A stretch of 64,000 nt of DNA from Bugula neritina. Lineage: Eukaryota > Animalia > Bryozoa. Under the pieces are notes generated by a model that saw nothing but the letters and a program-made list of their open reading frames with translations, made no database searches and was not told the origin of the DNA. Positions 15,569-27,463 of the stretch are shown here, in pieces. Both the position numbers and the translations under genes were made by a program. The stretch's first letter is position 1, and the number at the start of each line of letters is the position of its first letter. The stretch covers positions 14,126,722 to 14,190,721 of the forward strand of contig OZ037766.1 in the NCBI GenBank assembly GCA_964035545.1. The letters are read 5' to 3'.

Positions 15569-15861
15569 GAAGCTACAATAAGAGTTACCTGAGAAAAACC
15601 CAGCTTGTCCTCTTTGTACATGCTACTCTCTGGGTCTATTCGCTGATTACTTTTAGTTTTAGATTTAAATTCAGGCATTTTAATTTTTTTAAAAGAGCTG
15701 GAATTTACTGCGCTGTGTGGTGCAGACACAACACTACTGTCTGGCTCATAAGAGTGTCTGCTTGAAGCTGAAGGGGTCTCTCTTGCCATAGAGGTTGAGT
15801 GCCTTGATTGAGTTCCACTACTTGCAGTTTTAATAACTTCTTTTGATATCCCAGAAGGCAT
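1163..15861 (-). CDS. CCDC87: Coiled-coil domain-containing protein 87 (multi-exon)
   Basis: Phase-consistent 5' exons: 15861-15589 (MPSGISKEVIK...), 14912-14787, 14586-14473, 14272-14201, 13936-13840 (...RIAVHIVTVCEQLYQHY), ~13674-13592 (RGVFSGPANMSRLKAQL) and ~12650-12506. C-terminal exons give MEKVWNSLHIPDGMKLDMAIKYSS, ISAWEAATSLIIQREQMISELESFERLASDPNRFF and GRPYLDKMKWDRTEMLYWLQEERK...*, with the stop at 1163-1165. These match conserved CCDC87 motifs. The middle exons were not all traced. Confidence 0.85.
7465..7655. repeat. Intronic minisatellite: ~16-bp TGTACTRTATATAGTG units followed by ~30-bp TATGTACTGTATATATTTTGCTTTGTATAT units
   Basis: Tandem copies are directly visible and generate the spurious YIQYTL-repeat ORF at 7376-7558. 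Confidence 0.85.
8193..8533. mobile_element. MITE-like element with ~40-bp imperfect terminal inverted repeats in a CCDC87 intron
   Basis: Left GAAAATTTACACCACAAGTAGAAAAAGGTGTCTACTGTACA pairs with right TGTACAGTGGGCACCTTTTTCTACTTGCGGTGCAAATTTTC. No clear TSD was found. Confidence 0.65.
15499..15563. repeat. (AT)n microsatellite
   Basis: Perfect AT run just inside the intron after the first CCDC87 coding exon. Confidence 0.95.
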
Positions 15862-16099
15862 TGTCAGTTTAGGTAAGCAAATCTCAAAAAACTAAAAATA
15901 AATATTTGAACAGATTCATTCACAATCAGATGAATTTATTACTTGAGAGTAAAGACAAAAAATATATTATTCAAGTTATTTATGAGTTTGGGTTTGGCGT
16001 GTTAGTTAACAAGTATGTAAAAATATAATATATTCTATAAGATTTTTCATTTAGAACACAATATTTTTATTATAAATTTCTCCATTAAGACACCTACCT

Positions 16100-18060
16100 C
16101 TTAAGGCTAATTACTATACTGATAATCAGAAGCAGTGAGACAAAAAATAGGCTTACTAAAATTAAAGATGAATAAACACACGTGTGATGTGCTATTAATA
16201 TCTATATTATTGTTTTTAATGTAGCAATATAATAGAAGTTTACTGATATTCATATTTCTCTTAACTTCACAAGCGCTAACAACAGTGATACTGACACTCA
16301 CAATGACAGCATGAATATTAAAGTCTTGTAAATGTAGGTAAAATAGTCACTGATTGTCAAAGTATAACAATATAAATATGTGCTTATACTTATAGTTATA
16401 TAAACAACACAAATAGTAATACCAAGCACTAACTCAGCAACTGAAATTAAACAATATAATTATAAAATCCCTATATTAATAAATCTGATAATGAACATGA
16501 TGATCATAATAATAATATCATAGTGATAAGACTAATAATGATACTGATCATCAATAAATCATCATCTTAGTTATAGTATAAGTAATACCAATACTAAGAG
16601 TAAGACTAACAGTAACTGTAAGTCTAATTACTAATACTCAGTAATAGTAATACTGATACTAATAGTAATAGTATTCATCTTTAAAAAAAAACCTCTATAT
16701 GTTAGCTAGTCTTATACATTTACAAGAAATCTAAAACTAGTAACTGATATAGGTATCTAATTTTGCTTACTTTTACAAATAACTTACTTGTAAACTTAGA
16801 CTTTCAAAGCACTAACAAATTGCTATTACTTTTAACTTTACTTTAAAATGCCCAATAATAAGAAGGCAGGTGCGTTTTTGCACCTGGTAACAAAGCGGAT
16901 ATCCGCTTAAAAATGAAAATGGCAGCCCCCTTAAACACGGATACACAATCCTCAAACTCAATCACATTGACTCAATAACAAATAGTCAATGACAATCACA
17001 GTGACCAAATTAGAATTGAACATCAACACGACTGTGAAAACTATAAAATTGTTAATAATGGTTTATAATTAGTATTTATAATTGAGTTTTCATTAATTAC
17101 GAATTGATTTTTTAGTGTTTTTACGCTAAGGCTAATGACCACCGATAATCATAATGATAATGACTATCACTATGAGTATGAGTAATGACTGATGAGTAAT
17201 CAGTAATGGCAATGCTATCAGTATCACTCAGTGTCAGTATCTCTATCTGCTATCATTATGAGTGTCATTATGATTATTACTATACCTATCGGCTATCAGT
17301 ATCACCATGATATTGATAATCGTAATGGTGATGACTGTTCTGGTGTTCAACTTCATGACATGGTGATGGGCTTTCATTTTCAGTTTCGCTCAATTTCATT
17401 TACTGCTTTAGTCTTACTAACTCTAACTTTAAGGGTAAGATAGAGACTCAACTTGAAATACTAATACTAAGTCTAATGAAAACTGAATTGAAGTAGCTCG
17501 TAAGAGTTAGTCCAACAGTGACTCATCAGTTTCGCGTTGAAGTTTACCTTGGTATAGTTCTCTACTCATACTCGTACTTTTGGTGATGCTCATACTGATA
17601 ATGATATTAGTGATAGTCACCATGATAGTGATACTAATAGTCATAGTGGTACTAATACTAATACTGTAATAGTAATAGTAACGGCTGTGCTCATAGTGAT
17701 AGGAATGCTCTTACTGCTAAGGTCATAAATCCTCATTTTCAAGTATTATGATAATGGTTTCAACTTGATCTACACCCTAACAGATATTAGTATTCGTATG
17801 CTATTAGTATTATTTGATTTCAAATTAATGCTTATACTTATAGTTATACTCTCTAAAGTTCATCATCATGATCTTGGTATCACTATGAGTGTAACTGCAA
17901 GATTGATTATAAACGTAATGAAAATAATGATCAATACAAATATATTGATAACCATAACCATCCAGATTTTTTATTTGCATGAAAATAATTGTCGCTACTA
18001 ATTGTAGTGACCAGTCTCACTTTTTGTATTGCAATGTATTTTAGAGTACTAATATCAGAT
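16100..18060. promoter_or_regulatory. Divergent (head-to-head) CCDC87/TRMO promoter region made of triplet/hexamer-periodic low-complexity DNA with a GC-richer palindromic core at ~16860-16930
   Basis: Lies between two divergent ATG exons. A probable CCDC87 5'UTR donor (minus-strand GTAAGT) is near 16785. The core holds CAGGTGC-N6-GCACCTG, the perfect palindrome AAGCGGATATCCGCTT and a YY1-like AAAATGGC. Confidence 0.55.
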
Positions 18061-18096
18061 TTTGAGCGATTCTTACATATGCTGGATTTGGTCGCA

Positions 18097-20500
18097 ATGG
18101 CAACTGTGCAGAATAAAAATTTAGAAGTGGACACAGGTGTTTACTGTTTTATTAGTTTTTTACCCTTTCCAAATTTCTATTTTTATATTAATGAGTTATC
18201 GTTAAGGATGTATTCTATATTGTGTAAGTAACGTAAAAATTAATCACCTAAGCTTAATCTGAAGCTCGTTTATTAACTGCAACTTGTTTGCACTAATTTT
18301 CCTAAATATTTGGTTCTAAAAAACTTTGTTGTCATTAGCATTGTTTTCAATCATCTACAAGAAGGCTGTACAACGTGAGTTTGAGTGACATTAAGATTTA
18401 GCGCTGGTATTTAAAATAAAGTGGTTTCTTTATTTTGAGGACATAAACTTGTGTAATTTTAATTGCCCAGTTTATGTGAAATGTTGTATTACTATCATAA
18501 ATTTACGCAATTTGCTCATTGATTTTGTTGAATTAAGTATTTTTCATGTTCATTGTTCTTTTAATCAGGTGCTTCCTACCAATTCACTCCGATTGGAATA
18601 TTGAAAAGTGTGTTTCAGCATAAAAACGGGACTCCTCGTCAGCCGACAGTATGCGGCTCATCAAGGGCTGCTCTTACCGTAAGCAAGTCAATCTTCAACA
18701 ATCCCGAACACAGCTTACAAGGCTTAAGTGAATACTCTCATGTCTGGTAATGAAATTGAAGGTTTTAGTCACCTAACACCCAATTTTTGGGATGTACTCA
18801 ATTTATCTAGCATAAAAATAATATGTGCATCAAAAAATTATATAAAAAAGTATAGAAGAGCAAATTTTTTTGTGAAGGCATTCATTGACTTTGAAAGATA
18901 TCTTTTAAGTGGTTTTTGTCTTTACATTGCATAATTTGTTTTACAGAGCATTATTATACAATCTATAAACATCAACCCTTTTGAGAAGTTTTAGGTAACA
19001 GAAAACTTTTAATTAAATTTATGTTTGCCTAACATTTCTTGAGCTTCTGTTATAATTGTATACAATTTCACTAAAAATAACTGGTTGTGTTTCTGCTGCT
19101 CTTTAGCATACTAATTGCAGCATTGGATTCTGATTTGCTATAGATTATTCATCGAAGATTAAAAGAGAAAGGAGCAATTTTTCAAATTTATTAAGAAGAA
19201 AGTTTTCTTTAAAAATTTCTGAAACTGCTAATACGTGTGCTTGTGCCAAAATATTTATCTCAGAAAAAAATGAAACTCATGCTAGCAATAGTCTTCACAC
19301 AGACCTCAAATTTCTACTGATTTTATGTGCTTTCTTTCCATCTTGGAGACTCCCCCTTGTACTTGGTGGGAGGAGACAACTTCAAATTATAAATGACCCT
19401 AAAGGGACATGTGAAAAGAGTCTATTCTATAATTTCTGTTAGCAGTTAGTAATAAATTGTAATTTTTGCAGGATTATATTTGTGTTTCACTTAAATAACA
19501 ACCAATGTACTAAAGCCAAAGTAAAGGTTCCTCGACTTAATGGAAGAAAACGTGGTCTGTTTGCCACTAGATGTCCCTACCGCCCGGTGCCTATTGGTCT
19601 TACTTTAGCTAAAATTGAAAGTGTTACAGGTAAGCGATGTTGTGTATAACAAAGTGTTTGTAGGAAAGTGTGTATAGCAAAGTGTGTGTAGCAAAGTGTA
19701 CATTCCTGCTCATTGTACTCACTCTAGTTCTCTGGGGTTTATTGAAAGTTTTTTGGCACCAGAACTCGTATAATACTTTGCCAATTCTTATTCTGCATTC
19801 CTTCTGCTCTTTAAATGATGCAGTTTTCAGTTTCTTAGATATATCTTTTTTTTAATTTGATATTTGGTTTGTAGATGAAACTGTGTGGTTCTCTGGTGTT
19901 GATATTGTCGATGGAACACCTATACTGGATATCAAGCCCTATATACCTGAATACGACCGCCCTGTTGAGCTGGTACACAATCGTACAGAAGGTGTTTCTA
20001 TGTGTGAAACTATTGATGTAGCCAATGAAAAAGAACTAACAGAGAAGACATTTTCTGAACAGCCTAGAGACCGCATTAACAATTCATCCTATCAGCTCTC
20101 TCCTGTAAAAGAGCAATGTGCTGATTTTTCAAACAATTGTGTTCAGTCAGCTGATTGGATAGATGAATGTAGAGTGAATAAATCAGTGTTGTCTGTGGAG
20201 TTTACCCCTCGTGCCCTCAGAGAATTGGATAAATTTTCGCCTGATAGTACATCTGAATACGGTTTAAAGTTGTTTCAGTCAAATAGTGAAGCTAGACAGG
20301 CTATAGTGGACGTGCTACTTGCTGACCCACGGTCTGCGTATCGGAGACAATCATGTGTGGACAGGTTATACTACTTTACCATAGACTCCATTCATGTTAC
20401 TTGCTGGTTTGATGGTACATTAGCTGAAGTACTGAAAGTTCAGCCTATACTGGCCAATAGCACTCTTCAGTCATCTTTATATGATAATAATATTTTATAG
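18097..20500 (+). CDS. TRMO: tRNA (adenine(37)-N6)-methyltransferase, TrmO/TsaA family
   Basis: Exons 18097-18136, 18569-18746, 19472-19629 and 19875-20500 splice in phase to give ...FTPIGILKSVFQHKNGTPRQPTVC...FNNPEHSLQGLSEYSHVWIIFVFH...KAKVKVPRLNGRKRGLFATRCPYRPVPIGLT...SGVDIVDGTPILDIKPYIPEYD...VLLADPRSAYRR...YYFTIDSIHVTCWF. An alternative in-frame ATG is at 18079. Confidence 0.93.
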
Positions 20501-20699
20501 TATTTTCAAAATATATGCCTCTCTTGCAATGTCATTCTTTTATGCAAAATTTCCTACTTTTCCTACCATACCTTCTGTTAAACAACAAGTTCAGATTACG
20601 TCAAGGTAGTATAGTATCATTGTTAAAAACAGGATTGCCAGGTAGTTAGACCATGGAAGTGAGATTGTATAACTTCTATGTATCCCTTGTTAGAACAAA

Positions 20700-20835
20700 A
20701 GTAATAGTAATTTGTTTACATTAGCATGTAATTGTAATTAGTTACATTACTTTTTGCCTGTAATTATAATTGTAATTGACTAATTTTCATGTAATTGTAA
20801 TTAATTACATTCACATGTAATTGACCCCAACCCTG
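20700..20835. mobile_element. Probable hAT-type MITE end fragment with GTAATT subterminal repeats
   Basis: Repeated GTAATT(G) motifs end in GTAATTGACCCCAACCCTG, a CAGGG-type terminus on the minus strand. No matching left end or TSD was found. Confidence 0.45.
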
Positions 20836-21794
20836 CAGTCTAGACAGTGTTATTTAATGGCTGCGCAATACAAAGACATAGTCATACATGTACACTCTAA
20901 GCATCTTGCTTTCTCTAATGCTAGTATTCATATATAATTGAGCTGCAGCACTCCCAAGTATGTAAACAGAAAGTTTCATGGCTTAAAAGAACTAGCTACT
21001 AGTTTTCACATATATTTAGAATACTGAATTTAATGTTGCAAAACTTAAAATCAGTTTGTGCTAAAAAGGCCACAATGAAATAATGTGTTATTTAATCAAG
21101 CGAAGCAGCTCATTACCTAAATTACTAGCTCTACATAAAAACAGTATTAAAAGACGCTGAGCTCAACAATATCATATATGGTTATACATTCAAACAATTT
21201 TTAGCCACAGATTTATTGTGCACATATATATCTAATATGTTTTTTAAAGATCAAACTAGTTTAGTCATAAATTATAATTCAAGGGTATAATATAATACTT
21301 TGGTAAAGCAAAAGCATACAAAATTTTTTTAATGAAATTGTATGTAAGCAGTTGAATAGAAATAATTGTTTAAGGTTCATCTTATTAGCTATTTTGTTGG
21401 CAAATTTTATAATTATGTCACTTTATTTCAAGCAGTAAGTTGCTCAATATATAGCATATATAATTTATTTCAATAAAATATGTTTTGCTATACATGTGTG
21501 ATTAATTGAAATAAATGAGGCTCATCCCACAAGATCAGAAGACTCCGGGTGTACGTGCATATATACAAATTACTACTAGATGTAGTTCTTCTTTTAGAGA
21601 CATATGTACAAATGATGTGATAAAAGTATGCATACTAATAATGTGTATACTGTATACATATGTGCAATCATGGTAATAAACACATAGCCTACTATAATAG
21701 ACACATACAAACAAAAGTCAATTATAGCTGGTGCTTCAATAAAGAAAATATTGACCACATTTTACTGTAAAACAAGATTTAACAGCCTTTAAGG

Positions 21795-23522
21795 CTATTT
21801 TCTATTTAATCTAACTTTGAGGCAATAGATTTTGTTTAGTCTATAAGATATAGCTTCAGTGTCACTGTCATTACTATTCTTAACTTTCCTTATGATGCTG
21901 TGGAGTACATTGTACAATGCAGATTTGGAAGTTGTCTCCTTAGTACTGATTGGAGAGACAACTTCCTCATACTCTTCCTTTTTAATATCTTCCAATGTTT
22001 TCCAAACACACATACTTCATAATTAAAGCCATCTCTGCCAATAGCACTCTTTACTTTTATCATGAAGACTTCCATATCTATAACTTCATCTGAATTTCTA
22101 AAAAAGGGTTTTATAAATTATCAGATTGGCTTGCATGCAGATAACTGGCAATGAATGTATATTTCATGTGTATAATCCATATACAACAGGTATAATTTAA
22201 AAGTGTATTCCATGCCTTCTGCCCATAACACACTACAGTCGAAACGCGACTGTGGCGGCCATTTTGGAGCTGCTTGCGCATGCCTTCAACGTCACGTCCT
22301 ACTTTTTGCTGGTCACACTACAGTTCACTACGAACGATGAAAGCTAACTGTCTCTAGTCTCGCAGTAAACTTTTAAACCAATAGGAATGCCATAAACCAG
22401 TTTCTGCAGTATCCACAGTAACCAACAATTAATCTTAGCGCAATTTTTTGAGATTTACTAGCATAATTTAATAAGATTTTCTAGTTATTTTTATTCTAAT
22501 TTACTAGCTTCAATTATTCAAAATTACTAGCTTTATTTAATGATATTACTTAGCTTTATTCAAGCTCATTCACTAGCCTAAAGAACTAAATAGTTATAGT
22601 ACGCTAATAAAATTCAACCAAATTAGAAAAACTAAATATGCAGATAAAATTTAGCAAAATTTATCTAATGAATACTTATTTTCATGATTTATTGAAACTT
22701 TCATACATAACTTCATCATAATTATTTTAAAAGTAAATTAATATAATTTTCGAAGAATCAAATAATAATGCTCGCTAGTAGCACGTGGAAAAAGTAAAAG
22801 CACTTAACCAATCAGGGTTTACCTGGCCAGTCAGTGATTGGCTGATCGCTCAACTTCAGCGATGACAGTTGAACATGTTGAACTTTCATCGCATCGCGAA
22901 AAACTGACAGTTGCGTTCAGTTGTGACGTCACAGAGGTCAACGCTTAGCCTCGAAAACGCGTTCAAGATGGCCGTTTTGACTGTAGTGTGGCAGCCCCAT
23001 TATGCTTTCTACTGTAATGCTCAGTACATTGCATCATCTATTACGTATAGCATTACGTAACAACTAGCGTAACTTATCTTAAATATTTAAACATTGATTT
23101 GTGATTGAGTAAAAAGTTTCAGCCTAGGATAAAGTTCTACACACTCCGGCTTTAAAAAATAAATACTATGAATGTTGCTCTAATAATTATATAACCATAG
23201 ACGGAGACAAGATAATAATATTATTAGGGTATAAACTGTTTACTTCAAGCTTTGAAAAAAATTGCAATAAACTTACTCAGTAAGAGTGTAGGTCTCATTT
23301 AAACCAGTAGTCAGAGGATAATTATCAGGAAGTGAATATTTTCTAGAATAAATTTTATGAAGAATATATAATTCAATATTATGTCCGAGAGCAGAGGCAA
23401 TAGAATAATCAGCTTGCTCCACCAAGAGACAGCTGTAAAGTGAACTTTTAGTTATTTTGATTGTTGAACTAGTCGAAAGACACAACGTATACCATTTAAA
23501 TTTAGTCATTGTTGACATCATG
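21795..23522 (-). CDS. Candidate small multi-exon orphan gene, possibly a frameshifted pseudogene
   Basis: GT-AG-bounded segments 23522-23493, 23432-23277 and 22097-downstream join in consistent phase: [10 protein letters not shown]|[52 protein letters not shown]|[29 protein letters not shown].... It ends at 21890, or at 21795 after a 2-nt shift. No family was recognised. Confidence 0.4.
22229..22990. mobile_element. Non-autonomous DNA transposon with 17-bp CAC-terminal TIRs (CMC/CACTA-Chapaev-like, unclassified)
   Basis: Left CACACTACAGTCGAAAC and right GTTTTGACTGTAGTGTG differ by 1 mismatch. Subterminal regions are GC-rich and the interior is AT-rich. No clear TSD was found. Confidence 0.7.
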
Positions 23523-23525
23523 CTA

Positions 23526-23529
<4 letters not shown>

Positions 23530-23608
<79 letters not shown>

Positions 23609-23629
23609 AATCTGTATACATATATATAA

Positions 23630-23694
<65 letters not shown>

Positions 23695-23845
23695 TATATA
23701 TATATATATTTATATATATATATATATTTATATATATTTATATATATGTATATTTATATATATATATATATTTATGTATATTTATATATATATATATATT
23801 TATATATATTTATATATATGTATATTTATATATATACATATAAAT
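23530..23845. repeat. Compound (AT)n microsatellite
   Basis: Long perfect and degenerate AT runs, which are the source of the IY-repeat ORFs. Confidence 0.95.
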
Positions 23846-24235
23846 ATAATAGTCCTGATAGGTATGATGTAGCGTACGCTGTACAGCCATTCCAGTACAG
23901 TGACTGTAATACTGCTCTACAATACTAAGTACAGCAGGGCATGGTGGTTAATCTAGGATTCTTAGCAAATTGTCTAGCTCACAGAGAAACCAGTGATCAA
24001 GATTTTAGCTGCCTGGCCTGTCACAAACCCGACCAATACCATAAAGAAGTTGGCCAAAATAATCTTTCAGTAAACATATTTTGCAATATACTAATATTCT
24101 TATAGCCTGCAAGTGTCAACCAGTCCTCTAAAATCTAGCCAATCAGAGTCATGTATAATAGTGCCTCACCATTACTCAACTCCCAGAAAATCCACTCACT
24201 TGCCACAATGTCTATAAAAAAATATCAAATATGTT

Positions 24236-24237
<2 letters not shown>

Positions 24238-24306
<69 letters not shown>
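24238..24306. repeat. (CAG)23 trinucleotide microsatellite
   Basis: Perfect CAG tract, counted directly from the sequence. Confidence 0.95.
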
Positions 24307-24309
<3 letters not shown>

Positions 24310-24899
24310 GAGTTGTGGGAAATTGTACTGGGGTATTTTCGCAGGCATGCCATTTTTGAACACTTTGTTTAAAAGTTTATAAAAATGAACCTAGACTCAT
24401 AAATTTAAAATATGAAACTAAATAATAAATGTAGCAAAAGTTGCACAACTATTTTTAGAAGCATGTATTTTGCACGTGAACTTGCAGATTTCTATATATA
24501 AGTTACAATGGTGAGATATTAGAGTTGGAATACACAAGTTTGTGATTGGCCGAGTTTTACGTGATCTGTTAGCATTGAGTTGTCTCCTCAACACTTTGTA
24601 AGTCCAATTGTTGGCTGAGAAAGTTTAGCACAATGATAGGATAATATTACTAAACTTGGTACCCGAGTTTCTGTTATGTATAATTTACAGAAAACGTACA
24701 AAGTTTGCACAGACATCGTTGTTCCAACTACAAACCCTGAACTGGAGACCCGAACCACTGCATTCAATAACCGCCAAACAGGTGCTGCTTCAAACGATAT
24801 TCAAATTCATAGCCACTGGTCAGCTCGCACCGAACTGACACTGTGCAAGTCAAAGGTCAAGTTCCCTGAATAAAAATCGCGGATTCACCACTGCATCGT

Positions 24900-26060
24900 T
24901 ATAATTATTTAGTTTTGAACAGCTAGTCTTGGAGTGCTGAAACAACTGTTAGGTCATTTTTTTATCAATAATTATAGTTATGCTGCAGTAAAACTAAATG
25001 TAACTGTTAAACTTAATGTTCACGTTTAAAAATTTTAAGTTTATACTAAAAGTTATGCTAATGTTACTGTTAGTGTTACTGTTAGACTAAGACTTATACT
25101 TACAGTTACTGTTAGTGTTAGTCAGTAAGACTAAGTTACTTGTTAGTGTTAGTGTTACTGTTAGTGTTAGAGTTACAGTTTGAGTTTCTCTTAGAATTAG
25201 ACTTAAAGTTAAGTAACGTTAGTCGTTACTGTTGGTGTTACTGACTCAGGCTCAGGCTGTAATGACAAGTGATTAGTGTAATAATAATTATTTTTATGAC
25301 ATCAAATTTAATGGTAATTATAATTCATTAGTTGCCAAGCAATTATAATTATTATTAAATTTGATATCATAAAAATAATTAAATAAAATTTAATATAAAT
25401 TAAAATATAATGGTTAATATAATTTTATAGATATTATTATTTGTAATTTAATTTTAGTCTTACTATTACTATTAGTATTACTATTACCTAAACTGTAACT
25501 TTAAGTGCTAGAATCACAATGACAGTCAATGTCATTCACAGTTTGCAGTCAGGCCATAATTACTTTAAGTTTATGGGAAGACCTGAGTAATTTTTAGTTT
25601 AGTTACTCAAGTTCAACATCACTACAACTACAAGTACAACTACATGCAAGGCTGGGATAAATTACTAAATTTGTCTAAATATCTACTAGTAATATTATAA
25701 TTAATAAGTATTATAAATATATCTACTACTGATTATCATTACAATTATAATAATCAGATAATAATCATACTAATAGTAATACTTACTATAATTATTAGCA
25801 TTGCAGTAGCTGTGTTAGTAAGTGTAACTTTAATTTATACTAGTTAGAATTAATGGCTATTATAATTGTAAATGTTTATTATGTTAGACTTACAGTTACT
25901 CTTGGTAACTCACTTAAAGTTGATGAGCTACTCCTATAGTTACTAAAAATACAAATAAAAGCATACTGCTTATGTGATACTCATGTTTATACTTTGTATT
26001 AATATAACAGTAACTAAGGATATAAAGTTGAACTAGAATAATAGCCAGTACTGCCTTAGT
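24900..26060. other. Triplet/hexamer-periodic low-complexity domain in the 5' region of the STK32-like gene
   Basis: Example: GTTACT GTTAGT GTTACT GTTAGA CTAAGA CTTATA CTTACA GTTACT GTTAGT. It follows a GC-richer segment (24650-24950, a likely first exon) and precedes a probable 5'UTR exon at ~26111-26189. Confidence 0.6.
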
Positions 26061-26689
26061 ACTGTCCTTGTTTATGTTGCTTATATTATCACTACGTTTT
26101 TTATTTATAGCAAAAATGCAAAGAGTGTTGAAAATAGTGTGAACAAGCTACTGCCTGCATCCTGAACAAGCCGAAAGAGACCAATACTGGTATATAGTTT
26201 ACTAAACTAACTTAGTTCTTCTAAAACACTGTTTTCAATCTTGAGGGTTTTTAATTCCAGCTGTCAGCTCACTGAAATTGATGCTCTCTTACTAATTTTT
26301 GTCCAGTTTTAAATAACTAAACTGTAAATTATGTGCAAAAATTAAACAATCAAAATAAGATTACCATAAAAAATATACAGATAGTGTCTCCTTATCTGCC
26401 TTGGTCACATTTGCTTAGTTTGTTAATATTTAGTAAATTACTGTAACCTCAAACTAAGTTTTATGGCTTTTAATATAGTTATTTGTTTCAAGTTGAATAA
26501 AATCGATTTTTTAATATGGTGTTTAAATTATTTTAAGTCATTCAATTATTAGAAATATGAACATAGAATATGTCTGTTTTTCATCGAAACCATTTGAATA
26601 AAATATGGTGTCACTATCAAGTCATAAAGCTAATTTTTGTAAGAGCAAAACAAAACCTGGAGATCATTAAAAGAAGAAACTTTGTCTTT

Positions 26690-27080
26690 AGCAAAATTCT
26701 CAACCTCAATCTACTGGGGAGATATTGAATTTAACAACTAAGAGTATCTGTATATTCCATGATACAGTACAGAGATAGAGAAGACAAGTGTAATGTTCAT
26801 TTAATCAAGCCCCACCTAAAGGAAACTTGCCAAAGACTAATTACATAGCTTAAAATTCTTCAAGCCAGAACTAAGATGCCCCAAAAATTTGAAATTGGAA
26901 GTTAAATTGAAGATAAACGCCAACCGTATTTTCTGCAAACCAAAGCCAGTACCACATCCTATTCAAAAAGATTTAAGTCAAGCCTTTGATGCATGGGTTA
27001 CTGTAGGTGAGTTGGGGCTAACACAACTCACACCTTATGGTACACTGGTGGTTTCTATATGAAAAGTGCTGCTACCAGGA
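26690..27080 (+). mobile_element. Ty3/Gypsy LTR-retrotransposon pol relic (protease-RT junction)
   Basis: Translates to NLLGR...ELEVKLKINANRIFCKPKPVPHPIQKDLSQAFDAWVTVG...TPYGTLVVSI*K, resembling the Gypsy 'P(V/I)FxKPRPVP...xxPVVxxxK' region. It contains stops and frameshifts. Confidence 0.7.
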
Positions 27081-27463
27081 CAGCAAACTTCTAAATGGCA
27101 GGCAGTCAAACTCTAAAACTCTTAGGAGAACTATTGGCTAGTCTGGAGATGTTGGAACAATGTAACAGCTTCTTTTGTTTTAATTATGTATTTAATTAGG
27201 TATTTTTATTATAATTGTTGTGGTTAATGTGGTTATATTTGGGTCATGTGTATAAACAAGGAAGTTAATTCATTCCTTCATTCTGTTTCAATAATAAAAT
27301 ATCTTCACAGTTTGATCTCTACTTTAGTCAAATTGATTGTAAATGGATATATTTTTTCAATAAGACAGCCTTTTCTCCAAATTTTATTCTTTACTCATAT
27401 ATGACTATTGTCAATTATTGTGTGGTTTGCAAGTTGATAGATACATTATTTAATGGTTTAAAG

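Noticed and set aside
17231-18231. Hydrophobic I/V/T-rich ORFs resembling small membrane proteins
   Set aside because: They are by-products of the triplet-periodic non-coding DNA. Only 18079/18097-18136 fits a real (TRMO) exon.
23457-23928. Plus-strand IY-repeat ORFs
   Set aside because: These are translations of (AT)n microsatellites.
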